Shown here in pieces: positions 9,142 to 18,846 of a stretch of 64,000 nucleotides of DNA. Both the position numbers and the translations under genes were made by a program. The DNA is taken from positions 1,280,001 to 1,344,000 of the forward strand of contig OX638340.1 in the NCBI GenBank assembly GCA_951812955.1, read 5' to 3'. The notes beneath the pieces are model-generated. The model did not search any database. It was given only the letters and a program-made list of their open reading frames with translations, and was not told where the DNA came from. Source of the DNA: an uncultured Gemmatimonadota bacterium (GTDB lineage Bacteria > JAAXHH01). How positions within the stretch are numbered: the stretch's first letter is position 1; every line of letters starts with the position of its first letter.

Positions 9142-10053
9142 TTGTCCGAGGAAGGACCGGCGCGCGTCATGGACGAACTGAACGACTTCCTTACCCACCT
9201 GATCATCGAACGTGGGCTGTCGCCGAACAGCTACGAGGCGTACCGCCGCGACCTGACTTCCTACAAGGATCACCTCGACCGGCGGGGGATCGCTTCCTTC
9301 TCGGTTGCGACGCGTCAGGACGTCCAGGGATTCATCGCATACCTGCGCCGGCGCGGCCTCGCGCCTTCGAGCATCGCGCGGCACGTATCGGCGGTCCGGA
9401 TTTTCCACCGATTCCTCATCGGTGAAGGGCTGGCCACGGCCGATCCGACCGAACACGTCAGGGTGCCCAAGCAGCCCCGGCGCCTTCCCGTCGTCCTGAA
9501 CCGGGAGGAGATCGGGAAGTTGCTCGAGCAGCCGGACCATACGACGTCGCTGGGACTGCGCGACCGGGCGATCCTCGAATTCATGTATGCTACCGGCCTG
9601 CGCGCGTCCGAGTTGCTGGATTTCAGGAGGCCCGATCTGCTCTTTGAATCGGGATTGGCGCGCATCTTTGGGAAGGGCGGCAAGGAGCGGCTGGTACCCG
9701 TGGGCCGCCAGGCGATCAACCTGATCAGGAACTACCTGCACAAGGTGCGTCCCGCCCTGGCCTCATCGAACAGCGGCGAGGTGCTCTTCCTGAACGCCCG
9801 GGGAGGCCGGCTGTCCCGCATGGGCCTGTGGAAGATCATGGATACCTACGTGGAGCTCGCCGGTTTCGAAAAGAAAGTCAGTCCCCATACCATGCGCCAT
9901 TCCTTCGCCACCCATCTCCTGGAGGGCGGCGCCGATCTCCGCGCCGTCCAGGAAATGCTGGGTCACGTGGACATCGCCACGACGCAGATCTACACCCACG
10001 TGGACCGCAAATACCTCAAGGATGTGTACGCCCGGTACCATCCCCGGGGTTGA
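9142..10053 (+). CDS. Tyrosine site-specific recombinase, XerC/XerD family.
   Basis: N-terminal SAM-like domain plus catalytic R..HxxR..Y (HTMRHSFATHLLEGGADLRAVQEMLGH..TQIYTHV). Confidence 0.8.
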   Translation: MSEEGPARVMDELNDFLTHLIIERGLSPNSYEAYRRDLTSYKDHLDRRGIASFSVATRQDVQGFIAYLRRRGLAPSSIARHVSAVRIFHRFLIGEGLATADPTEHVRVPKQPRRLPVVLNREEIGKLLEQPDHTTSLGLRDRAILEFMYATGLRASELLDFRRPDLLFESGLARIFGKGGKERLVPVGRQAINLIRNYLHKVRPALASSNSGEVLFLNARGGRLSRMGLWKIMDTYVELAGFEKKVSPHTMRHSFATHLLEGGADLRAVQEMLGHVDIATTQIYTHVDRKYLKDVYARYHPRG

Positions 10054-10084
10054 TTCGCTGGGTGGGAACGAAACGTCTACGCAG

Positions 10085-11683
10085 TCATTTCGATTTGCTT
10101 CTGAATAGTACTGCGGTCCCGCCGCCCGCCAGGTAAGCCGCGGCGACGGCGAGTACGCAGCAGAAAAGGGCGAAGACATCACCGTACCGGGTGTAGAACG
10201 TGGGACCACTCCGGTTGGGATGGACTTCCGCGACCGTGGTCGTCGCTACCATCATGGGCGTGGTACCATACACCTCGCCGGTGGACGATATGAACCCCGA
10301 TATGCCGGTGTTCGCCGCTCGGATGACGGGCATGCCGTTTTCCACGGCGCGCAGCACCGCCATGGAAAAATGCTGGGCAGGCGCGGATGAAGTCCCGAAC
10401 CAGGCGTCATTGGTCATGACCACGAGCACGTTGGCGCCGTTCAGCGGGAATCTACGGACCAGGTCCGGGAAGATGGATTCGTAGCAGATGACCGTACCGA
10501 TATGCATATCGAGACCGCTGAGGGGCATAACGGTCAGTTCGTCACCGGGCGTCAGATCGCCGATCGCGCCGGTCAACCCGGCAAGAAAGGAGAACAGACT
10601 CGGCATAGGCAGGTATTCGCCGAAGGGCACCAGGTGCATCTTGCTGTAGGAGCTGACGATCCCACGTTCTGGCAGCAGCAGGAAGGCACTGTTTAAGATG
10701 TCTCTTTCGCCCGAACGGAATCCCAGCGCGCCGGTAAGCATCGGCACCCCGGCCTCCTCGGTCAACGCATGCACCTGGTCATTGAACTGCTGATAGACCG
10801 GGCTTTCCAGGTAGAAGGTCATCGCCGTCTCGGGAAACACGATGAACTCGGGCTCCTGGGGCAGCACGGACCGGGTCAGGTCCCGGTACACGTCCACGGT
10901 CTGCTGGATGATGGATTCCGACCACTTCATGCCCTGTTCCTTGCTTCCCTGGACGACGGCCACCTTGACCGGGGGCGTCATTCGTTCCACGCCCCGCGCC
11001 TGCGAGATCGACCACCAGCCGAATCCCGTCGCGCCGATTACGGCCAACCAGGCCAGCGACATGGCGAACACCAGAGCGCGCCAGGTGGTGCGCTCGCGAA
11101 GGGCAATGAATACCATGGCCAGCGTCGCATTCAGCAGCATGACCAGGAAACTGACGCCGTAGACACCCGTGAATTTCGCGATCTGTATGACGGGAAGGAC
11201 CTGGTGCTGAGAGTAACCCAGCAGTTCCCAGGGAAATCCCGTGAAAAGGTAGGTCTGAATGTATTCCAGGGCCGTCCACAGGGCGGCCGCGGACAACGGG
11301 AACAGGGGGGACTTCCAGTCGGCCCGCGCCGCGAATATACCGAAAATGAGGGCATACAGGGCGACGACGAGGGCCACGCCCGCCATGCTGACCAGACCCA
11401 GCGCCAGGTTCAGGCCGCCGTAATTCATGACGGTTTCCATGATCCAGTATACCTTGGCGACGCCTGACAGAAACGCGAATGCCAGGGCGATCAAAACCAC
11501 CCTTGACATGGCGCCGTTCCGGCCGGCGTCGTGCAGGGCAATCATGACCGGCACGAACGCGATCCAGGCCAGGGGCCACCAGTCTACCTTGGGAATGCTG
11601 AGGAAGATGAACAGTGCGGAACAGCAAGCGAGCCCGAACCCGGCTATGGGCGATGCGGCGTGTAGTCGCTGAAGCAGGACCAT
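10085..11683 (-). CDS. lnt: Apolipoprotein N-acyltransferase Lnt.
   Basis: Multi-pass N-terminal membrane domain followed by a CN-hydrolase domain (E..K..C triad context, ICYES). Start chosen at MVLLQRL (ATG rc at 11681-11683). Confidence 0.75.
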   Translation of the reverse strand: MVLLQRLHAASPIAGFGLACCSALFIFLSIPKVDWWPLAWIAFVPVMIALHDAGRNGAMSRVVLIALAFAFLSGVAKVYWIMETVMNYGGLNLALGLVSMAGVALVVALYALIFGIFAARADWKSPLFPLSAAALWTALEYIQTYLFTGFPWELLGYSQHQVLPVIQIAKFTGVYGVSFLVMLLNATLAMVFIALRERTTWRALVFAMSLAWLAVIGATGFGWWSISQARGVERMTPPVKVAVVQGSKEQGMKWSESIIQQTVDVYRDLTRSVLPQEPEFIVFPETAMTFYLESPVYQQFNDQVHALTEEAGVPMLTGALGFRSGERDILNSAFLLLPERGIVSSYSKMHLVPFGEYLPMPSLFSFLAGLTGAIGDLTPGDELTVMPLSGLDMHIGTVICYESIFPDLVRRFPLNGANVLVVMTNDAWFGTSSAPAQHFSMAVLRAVENGMPVIRAANTGISGFISSTGEVYGTTPMMVATTTVAEVHPNRSGPTFYTRYGDVFALFCCVLAVAAAYLAGGGTAVLFRSKSK

Positions 11684-11944
11684 GGAGGTTTTCTCTGCGG
11701 GATAAATGCGTCGTTTTAAGTGACTGAAATCAACACGCAATACGGTAGACTGTCAACTTAAAGAAGCGGTGTTCGCCGGGGATGCCGGAGTCAAAGGGGT
11801 TGACTGTTCGCCGTGCCGACAACTACATTCCTGCCGGCGTCCGGCCGGGGCGATCCGCCGCCGAAAGGGCCATGCCAATCCGTCCGGCGGCACGCACCGG
11901 ATCGTCGGGACTACAGCAGGCAGGATGGCACGGAGTATCTGCAC

Positions 11945-12931
11945 TTGGACCCCTTGCGAATAGCCGTAATCGGTGTCGGACGGCTCGGTGAAGCCCATGC
12001 CCGGGTGCTGGCGGGAATGCCCGGCGTGAAGCTTTCCGGCGTGTACGACATACGGGAAGATCGCGCGGAGGAGGTCGCGCGTCGCTACGGCACGAATGCG
12101 CTCGACAGCCTGTCGCGTGCCACGGAGGAATCGGACGCTGTCACCGTGGTCGTACCCACCACCGCGCACTACGAGGTGGCGTCATTCGTCCTGTCCCGGG
12201 GCATGCATACCTTCGTAGAGAAGCCGATCACCGCCACCGTGGAGGAAGCCGACCGGCTGATCGAACTGGCGGACACCGGGGACCTGGTGCTTCAGGTCGG
12301 ACACATCGAACGGTTCAACGGCGCCTTCCTCGCCCTCGAGGGCATGGACATATCGCCAGGTTTCATCGAAGCGCACCGGCTGGCCTCCTTCGACCCCAGG
12401 GGAACGGACGTGTCCGTCGTCCACGACCTGATGATCCACGATATCGATCTCATCCTGCGTCTCGTCAAATCGGACCTGGAGTCGGTGGACGCCACGGGTG
12501 TCGCCGTGATTTCCAACCAGGTAGACATCGCCAACGCCCGCATGCGGTTCGCCGACGGATGCGTGGCCAACGTCACGGCCAGCCGCATCTCGCTGAAAAA
12601 GATGCGCAAAATGCGTATCTTCCTGCGCGATCATTATGTTTCGATGGACTTTCTGGCGGGCGAAAGTGAGATATACCGATTGTTAGACGATCCCGGTCAG
12701 GCCGGGAAGCGGGGTTTGAAAATACCCGTCCAGACCGGTGATGGACGAACACGGCATATCACGCGGCAGAAGACTTCGAAGAAGCGGAACGAGCCGTTGA
12801 AATCGGAACTCGCCTCCTTCGTCGCGGCGGTGCGTGGCGAGGCGCCGCCTCCGGTGACCGGCTTCGACGGCCGGGAAGCCCTGCGCGTTTCGCTGGCGGT
12901 AGTCGATCAGATCGACATCAGCAGCCGGTAA
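11945..12931 (+). CDS. Gfo/Idh/MocA family NAD(P)-dependent oxidoreductase.
   Basis: Rossmann motif RIAVIGVGRLGEAHARV right after a TTG start, and a C-terminal GFO_IDH_MocA_C-like domain. The long upstream ORF extension is low-complexity and judged non-coding. Confidence 0.65.
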   Translation: MDPLRIAVIGVGRLGEAHARVLAGMPGVKLSGVYDIREDRAEEVARRYGTNALDSLSRATEESDAVTVVVPTTAHYEVASFVLSRGMHTFVEKPITATVEEADRLIELADTGDLVLQVGHIERFNGAFLALEGMDISPGFIEAHRLASFDPRGTDVSVVHDLMIHDIDLILRLVKSDLESVDATGVAVISNQVDIANARMRFADGCVANVTASRISLKKMRKMRIFLRDHYVSMDFLAGESEIYRLLDDPGQAGKRGLKIPVQTGDGRTRHITRQKTSKKRNEPLKSELASFVAAVRGEAPPPVTGFDGREALRVSLAVVDQIDISSR

Positions 12932-13030
12932 GGCAGGCATCCTCGTACGTTGCGGCGACGAGGTCAGGACTGGCCGGCAGGCATCCTCGTTCATCTCTGC
13001 AACGAGATCCGGTCCCGCCGGCAGACCGGA
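12926..13030. repeat. Two-plus tandem ~45-bp units (ccggYaggcatcctcgt...), each with an internal hairpin, overlapping the stop of the upstream gene.
   Basis: Read directly: ggcaggcatcctcgtacgttgcggcgacgagg / ggcaggcatcctcgttcatctctgcaacgag, then partial ccggcagaccgg. Confidence 0.6.
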
Positions 13031-13061
13031 CGAATTAGCAGAAGGAGGACAGACCTTCAGC

Positions 13062-13631
13062 ATGAATATACGCGCCTTCGTCTTCGCTGCACGAAGCTAT
13101 ACGCCCATCCCGCTCGTCGCCGCCGTGCTGGTCATGGCCGAGCCCGGACCGATGACCTTCGTAGGAGGCGGCCTGCTGGTCCTACTCGGGGAATCCATAC
13201 GCCTGTGGGCGGTCGGCTATGCCGGCTCAGCCACCCGTACCCGACACGTTGGCGCGCCTTCGCTCATCACCAACGGTCCTTATGGACGGGTACGCAATCC
13301 GCTATACGTCGGCAACTTCGTGCTGAGTCTCGGCCTATGCATCATGGCTTGGGCCTGGATGCCCTACATGCTCGGAGTTTTCCTTGCCGCCTTCGGTGTG
13401 CAATACGGTCTCATCGTATCGCTGGAGGAAGAAAGCCTGCGAAAAACCTTCGGCGCGCAATACGAAGCGTACCTGACCGAGGTTCCCCGCTTCCTGCCTC
13501 GAATCTCCGAGTACGCCGCGGGCGAACCTGCGACTTACGATTTCGCAGCCGCCCTGCGCAGCGAGAGACGGACTTTCCAGTCCACGGCCGTGGTCATGGC
13601 TGCCATCGCCGCGCGCTGGTATTGGGGTTAG
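13062..13631 (+). CDS. Isoprenylcysteine carboxyl methyltransferase (ICMT)/phospholipid methyltransferase family membrane protein.
   Basis: Multi-TM protein with RNPLY motif (GPYGRVRNPLYVGNF) characteristic of ICMT/PEMT-family methyltransferases. Strong SD (aggagga) upstream. Confidence 0.65.
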   Translation: MNIRAFVFAARSYTPIPLVAAVLVMAEPGPMTFVGGGLLVLLGESIRLWAVGYAGSATRTRHVGAPSLITNGPYGRVRNPLYVGNFVLSLGLCIMAWAWMPYMLGVFLAAFGVQYGLIVSLEEESLRKTFGAQYEAYLTEVPRFLPRISEYAAGEPATYDFAAALRSERRTFQSTAVVMAAIAARWYWG

Positions 13632-13653
13632 TCCGAGCTAGAGGTTGGCGGCG

Positions 13654-14079
13654 CTACGGATTCTTATCCACGCCGCTCAGGCTGTTCAGGGTCCGTTCAT
13701 GCATCGTGCAACGGATGGTATCGGAGTCCTGGCCGGGCGGGCCGGGCAGTCGGGACGACGCCGATCCGGGTGGATCCTCCGAACCGTCGGTGGCCCCGGC
13801 GTCCTGCTGCTTGACGGATCGCCTTTGTACCGTGACACCCGCGTTCCCGTGTAGGAGGCTGAGCAGAGCGATGAGCGCTACGAGGAGGACGACGGGCCAC
13901 CAGGGTACGCTGAACAGCATGCGGACCGAATCCGATCCGGCGTGGAACAGCAGTCCGTACATGAAGATGGGACCGAGGATAATCAACAAGGCAACCCCCA
14001 CGACGCATATCACTTGCGACCAGGCCGGGTTGCGCTGAAGAAACCTCGATAGTTGCGATATGTCGTGCTTTCTCTTCAT
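13654..14079 (-). CDS. Hypothetical small membrane protein (two predicted TM helices).
   Basis: ORF with hydrophobic segments (VICVVGVALLIILGPIFMYGLLF, WWPVVLLVALIALLSLL). No recognisable family. Confidence 0.3.
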   Translation of the reverse strand: MKRKHDISQLSRFLQRNPAWSQVICVVGVALLIILGPIFMYGLLFHAGSDSVRMLFSVPWWPVVLLVALIALLSLLHGNAGVTVQRRSVKQQDAGATDGSEDPPGSASSRLPGPPGQDSDTIRCTMHERTLNSLSGVDKNP

Positions 14080-14324
14080 GAGTCGTTCCGTTCGGCGAAT
14101 GGGTTCATTGTCATCGGTTACCCACCTCCCACCAGGGTGGATGCAGGTTAGTTTACGAAGAAAACAATCGGAATCGGCGAAGGTCCGCAGGGGGCCGGTA
14201 CGCACGCCGGTACGTGCGCCGGAACCTCTTGACAATCCCGATCCTCGGACCTACTGTTACAGGTCAAAACTGACACGAACCGCATGAGCAGAGTCGGCCA
14301 ACACGCCAACGTAATGAGGTATCC

Positions 14325-14912
14325 GTGCCTCGCACCGCCACGAAAACGCGCGAAACCCTGGAAACCCGTATCGAGCTGACCCTCAACCTCGAGGGCGAAG
14401 GCAAGCTTTCCGGAGAAACCGGCATCGGTTTCTTCGACCACATGCTGGGGAGTTTCGTGAAGCACGCGGGGTTCGACCTCGATCTTGCCTGTACCGGCGA
14501 TTTGCATATCGACGATCATCACACGGTGGAAGACGTGGGGATCTGCCTCGGTCAGGCCCTTGCCAGGGCGATCGGCGACGGATCCGGCATTGCGCGATTC
14601 GGCCATGCCTACGCACCACTGGACGAGGCACTGGCCCGGGCCGTCTTCGACGTAAGCGGCAGGGCGCACCTGGAATTCGACGCCGATTTCACCCGGTCTT
14701 CGGTCGGCGATTTCAGCACGGAAATGGTGCGGGAGTTCTTCGGGGCCCTCGTCCACCACGGACGGGTCACCCTGCACATTGCCCTGCTCTCCGGCGTAAA
14801 CGCGCACCACCAGGTCGAAGCGGTCTTCAAGGCGTCGGCCAGGGCCCTGCGCCAGGCCGTGGCCATGGATGACCGGGTATCGGGCGTGCCGTCCACCAAG
14901 GGCAGTCTCTAG
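14325..14912 (+). CDS. hisB: Imidazoleglycerol-phosphate dehydratase HisB.
   Basis: Conserved IGPD motifs (TRETLETRIELTLNLEG, GFFDHML, DDHHTVEDVG, HHQVEAVFKA). GTG start with GAGG 8 nt upstream. Confidence 0.85.
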   Translation: MPRTATKTRETLETRIELTLNLEGEGKLSGETGIGFFDHMLGSFVKHAGFDLDLACTGDLHIDDHHTVEDVGICLGQALARAIGDGSGIARFGHAYAPLDEALARAVFDVSGRAHLEFDADFTRSSVGDFSTEMVREFFGALVHHGRVTLHIALLSGVNAHHQVEAVFKASARALRQAVAMDDRVSGVPSTKGSL

Positions 14913-15041
14913 CCCGCGGACGGTTAATCTGTCTTGCCGGCAGAAGACGTGAATTAAATCATGGCGTTATTGACGACGTGTATACCGCATATACATAAAT
15001 GACGTGCGCCTGATACAGCTGCACAATAGACTCGGGACACC

Positions 15042-16085
15042 ATGCACATCGACGAACTGGACACCCCGGCCTACGTGGCCGACCTGGACGTGATGGAGCG
15101 GAATATCGCGTCCATGGCGCAGCACTGCCGCAATCTCGGTATCGCCCTTCGATGCCATACCAAAAGTCACAAGATCCCTGAAATCGCCCACCGCCAGGTC
15201 CGGGCCGGAGCGATCGGCATCTGCTGCCAGAAACTAGGCGAGGCGGAAGTCATGGCCGCGGCGGGCATCGAGAACATCCTGGTCCCTTACAACATCGTGG
15301 GACCCCGGAAGGTGGAACGCCTTACCCGTGTAGCCAGACGTACCGAGATCACCGTGGCCGTCGACGACGTCATCACGGCACAGGGCATTTCGGACCGGGC
15401 GCTACAGGACGGATGCCGGGTCAACGTAATCATCGAGCTGGATACGGGTACGAAGCGTTGTGGCGTCCAGTCGCCCGAAGCGGCGGCGGACCTGGCCGAA
15501 CGCATCATGGACCTGCGCGGTCTCGCATTCAAGGGCGTCATGATCTTTCCCAGTCCTATTGAAGCAAAAGGGTTCTTGCGTGAGACCGTCGAGCGGATCA
15601 CGGAGAAGGGCATCCCCATCGAGATCATCAGCGGGGGCGGCACGGGTGGCGAGGAGAATTCGAAGGCTATGGGCTGCACCGAAACCCGCAGCGGTTCCTA
15701 CATCTGGGAGGGCATGAGCCGCATCGGGAACTCCGGCATGCTCAACGCCGAGCGCTGCGCCTGCCGCATGATCGTCACCGTGGTGAGCGCTCCTACGCCG
15801 GACCGAATCATCATCGACGGCGGGATGAAGACCTTCGCCAGCTACCCGCCCACACCGTACGGCCATATCATCGAGCATCCCGAAGCGGAGATTTACGGCA
15901 TGTCCGTGGAACACGGCCACGTGGACGTATCCCGGTGCGCGCATCGCTTCAAGGTCGGAGAGCGCCTGTCGGTCATTCCCCTGCACCAGGAAATGGCGCT
16001 GAACCTGCACGACGAACTCAACGGCGTACGGGGCGAGCAGGTGGAAGTCGTCTGGCCCGTCGCCGGCCGGGGCAAAGTGAAATAG
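15042..16085 (+). CDS. D-TA family PLP-dependent enzyme (alanine-racemase-like N-terminal domain; D-serine dehydratase DSD1/D-threonine aldolase-like).
   Basis: CHTKSHK PLP-lysine motif near the N-terminus and a C-terminal D-serine-dehydratase-like domain. Confidence 0.7.
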   Translation: MHIDELDTPAYVADLDVMERNIASMAQHCRNLGIALRCHTKSHKIPEIAHRQVRAGAIGICCQKLGEAEVMAAAGIENILVPYNIVGPRKVERLTRVARRTEITVAVDDVITAQGISDRALQDGCRVNVIIELDTGTKRCGVQSPEAAADLAERIMDLRGLAFKGVMIFPSPIEAKGFLRETVERITEKGIPIEIISGGGTGGEENSKAMGCTETRSGSYIWEGMSRIGNSGMLNAERCACRMIVTVVSAPTPDRIIIDGGMKTFASYPPTPYGHIIEHPEAEIYGMSVEHGHVDVSRCAHRFKVGERLSVIPLHQEMALNLHDELNGVRGEQVEVVWPVAGRGKVK

Positions 16086-16112
16086 CCACTGACAGTCTGG
16101 AAGGAGAAAACG

Positions 16113-17657
16113 ATGTCGGAACACCACGGAAGGGAAGTCTGGCAAAGCCGCCTGGGCCTGATCATGGCCATGGCGGGCAACGCCATCGGCCTGGGGAATT
16201 TCCTGCGGTTCCCTGTCCAGGCGGCCGCAAATGGCGGCGGGGCCTTCATGATTCCCTATTTCGTCGCGTTCCTGGTCGTGGGCATCCCCATGATGTGGGT
16301 GGAATGGAGCGTGGGCCGGTTCGGAGGCAAGCATGGCCACGGCACCACGCCGGGTATCCTGTACCGCCTGTGGAAACACCCGGCGGCAAAGTACATAGGC
16401 GTCCTCGGCATCGCTGCGCCGGTGGCCTTCGCGCTCTACTATTCCTACGTACAGTCGTGGACCCTGGCCTACAGCTTCTTCTCGCTGACCGGCGAGTACT
16501 TCGGCATCAGCACCCAGGCGGAGATGGGCGCATTCCTGAGCAGCTTCCAGGGCGTCTCCGAAAGTGCCTACTTCAGCAGCGTCGCCACCGCCTACGTCTT
16601 CTTCCTTATCAATCTCGGTATCGTATTCTGGGTGCTGACCCGTGGCGTGGTTCGGGGCATCGAAACCCTGGCCAAGTTTGCCATGCCCATGCTGCTGATC
16701 TTCGCGATCGTGCTGGTGGCGCGGGTGCTTACCCTGGGCACGCCCGATCCGTCCATGCCGGACCAAAGCGTCATGGCCGGTTTCGCCTGGATCTGGAATC
16801 CGGATCTCAGCCGACTTTCGGAAGGCAGCGTATGGCTCGCGGCAGCGGGTCAGATATTCTTCTCCCTGGGCATCGGCATCGGCAGCATGCAGTGCTACGC
16901 GAGTTATGTCCGCGCCCGGCAGGACGTCGCCCTGACCGGATTGACCACCTCCATGAGCAACGGCTTCGCCGAGGTGGTACTGGGCAGTTCCATCGCCATT
17001 CCCGTAGCCGTGGCCTTCTTCGGCGTCACCGCCACCGAGGCCATCGCGACCGGCGGATCCTTCGACCTGGGCTTTCAGTCCATGCCCCTGATCTTCCAGC
17101 AACTGCCCCTGGGCCAGTTCATCGGGACGCTGTGGTTCGGTCTGCTCTTTTTCGCCGGCATCACATCGACGGTAGCGCTGACGCAACCGCCCATGGCCTT
17201 CCTCCAGGACGAAATGGGCTGGCCGCGTAAGAAGGCGGCCATGGTCGTAGTCTCCTTCCTTTTCATCTTCGGAAACTTCATCGTCTTTAACATCGAGCAT
17301 GGCGTCATCGACGAGCTTGATTTCTGGATTGGGACCGTGGGACTGGTCGTATTTTCCTTCCTCGAGATCATTATATTCGCCTGGATTTTCGGCATGGACA
17401 AGGCATGGGAGGAGATCAACGAAGGTTCGGCAATCAAGATTCCACGGATATTCTACTACATGATCAAGTACGTCACGCCCGTTTCGCTTGCGATCCTGCT
17501 CGTCGTTTGGACCTACCAGGCGGGATTCGATTTGCTCCTGCTGCGCAACGCCAACCCGGAGGACATGCCCTTCCTGCTGATGACGCGCGGCATCATCGTG
17601 GGATTGATCCTGGTCGGCGTATTGCTGGTCAGACGGGTCTCTAAAAACTGGGGCTGA
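16113..17657 (+). CDS. Sodium-dependent transporter, neurotransmitter:sodium symporter (NSS/SNF) family.
   Basis: Hallmark N-terminal GLGNFLRFP motif and 11-12 TM helices. Confidence 0.85.
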   Translation: MSEHHGREVWQSRLGLIMAMAGNAIGLGNFLRFPVQAAANGGGAFMIPYFVAFLVVGIPMMWVEWSVGRFGGKHGHGTTPGILYRLWKHPAAKYIGVLGIAAPVAFALYYSYVQSWTLAYSFFSLTGEYFGISTQAEMGAFLSSFQGVSESAYFSSVATAYVFFLINLGIVFWVLTRGVVRGIETLAKFAMPMLLIFAIVLVARVLTLGTPDPSMPDQSVMAGFAWIWNPDLSRLSEGSVWLAAAGQIFFSLGIGIGSMQCYASYVRARQDVALTGLTTSMSNGFAEVVLGSSIAIPVAVAFFGVTATEAIATGGSFDLGFQSMPLIFQQLPLGQFIGTLWFGLLFFAGITSTVALTQPPMAFLQDEMGWPRKKAAMVVVSFLFIFGNFIVFNIEHGVIDELDFWIGTVGLVVFSFLEIIIFAWIFGMDKAWEEINEGSAIKIPRIFYYMIKYVTPVSLAILLVVWTYQAGFDLLLLRNANPEDMPFLLMTRGIIVGLILVGVLLVRRVSKNWG

Positions 17658-17692
17658 TCCCTTAATTCGCGGGATTGAATGTGTAGACCGCC

Positions 17693-18772
17693 ATGAGCAG
17701 GCATAACGAAGAATACCAGAGCATCGGCTTGCCTCCCGGCATCATCCGCCTGAGTCGTAACGAGAATCCTATCGGGCCCTCGCCCGGCGTCATCGAAGCG
17801 GTGAAGGCAAGGTGCGCCCGGATCAATCGCTACGAAGACGCTGACCAGATCGCACTCTTCCGCAAACTGGCGGAACTGCACGGCGTGCCCCACGATGAGC
17901 ATCTCGCCCTTCCCGGGGTGGATTCGGACGGTGCGTGGATCCGCGTAGGCGACGGCTCCGAACACCTGATGCACGCCATCGCCCGCGCCTTCCTGTCCGC
18001 GGGAGACGAAGTGATCGAGCCCGACCCCTCCTTTGGACTCATGTCCCGGTACGCGGAGCAGTGTGGCGGCCGCGCCGTGCGCACGCCTTTGACTGCGGAT
18101 TACGTTTATGACCTGGATGCCATGGAAGGTGCCGTCAACGAACGGACCCGCATGGCCGTCATCACCAACCCGAACAATCCCACGGGGACGATCCTCACCC
18201 ACGACGAGCTGTCACGCTTTGTCGCCGGCCTGCCGGAACGGGTGATCGTCCTGGTGGACGAAGCCTACGCGGATCTGGTGGAGGATTGCGCATGCGCCGA
18301 TGGCGCCGCCCTGGTCCGGGAGTTCGAGAACGTCTTCGTGGTACGCACCTTCTCTAAAGGGTACGGCCTGGCGGGATTCCGTTTGGGTTACGGCCTGGCG
18401 CAACCTCATATGATGAAGCGCGTCCGCGCGTTCCATGGCGGAACACCCAGCGCCATGGTCATGACCGCGGGCATTGCCGCCCTCGACGATCCGGATCATG
18501 TATCACGGACCCGTGCCGCGGCGAGTGCCTCCAAGGCACTGTACTACGCGGCGTGCGCTGAACTCGGACTCGAGTATGTCCGCAGCGAGGCGGCCTTCGT
18601 CCTCATCAGGGTGGGAGACGCCGCGGCCGTTGTCGACGCCCTGGCGAAGCGCGGCATACTCGTCATCGACGCCGAATCCTCATGGAAGCTGAAGGGCATG
18701 ATCAGGGTTTCGTACGGCAACGAACGGGAAAGCCGGATATTCGCCGAGGCGCTGCGGCAGATTTTGTGCTGA
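17693..18772 (+). CDS. Class II (HisC-like) PLP aminotransferase.
   Basis: Histidinol-phosphate aminotransferase family signatures (LSRNENPIGPSP, NPNNPTG, RTFSKGYGLAGFRLGY). Not in a his operon, so substrate is uncertain. Confidence 0.75.
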   Translation: MSRHNEEYQSIGLPPGIIRLSRNENPIGPSPGVIEAVKARCARINRYEDADQIALFRKLAELHGVPHDEHLALPGVDSDGAWIRVGDGSEHLMHAIARAFLSAGDEVIEPDPSFGLMSRYAEQCGGRAVRTPLTADYVYDLDAMEGAVNERTRMAVITNPNNPTGTILTHDELSRFVAGLPERVIVLVDEAYADLVEDCACADGAALVREFENVFVVRTFSKGYGLAGFRLGYGLAQPHMMKRVRAFHGGTPSAMVMTAGIAALDDPDHVSRTRAAASASKALYYAACAELGLEYVRSEAAFVLIRVGDAAAVVDALAKRGILVIDAESSWKLKGMIRVSYGNERESRIFAEALRQILC

Positions 18773-18846
18773 CGCGCCGGCGAAGACGTGCTCCACCCCC
18801 TCCGTAGCGTTATAAACAAACCGCAATCCAAATCGAAAGGCACACG

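Noticed and set aside
9142-10053. XerC/D-family recombinase as a mobile-element integrase marking an island.
   Set aside because: Sequence has the housekeeping XerC/XerD architecture and composition matching the core genome. No flanking att-like repeats or compositional shift were seen.
11813-11944. N-terminal 44-aa extension of the Gfo/Idh/MocA gene predicted by the ORF track.
   Set aside because: The Rossmann fold begins immediately after the TTG at 11945. The extension is a low-complexity Pro/Arg-rich sequence.
14912-15041. Candidate promoter/palindrome (ttgacg-17-acataa; gtatac) upstream of the D-TA gene.
   Set aside because: Only a weak -10 match and short palindrome; not distinctive enough to call.
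15402-17300. 632-aa minus-strand ORF antisense to the D-TA and NSS transporter genes.
   Set aside because: Low-complexity G/R/D/H-rich translation and complete overlap with two strongly supported genes; a GC-frame artefact.
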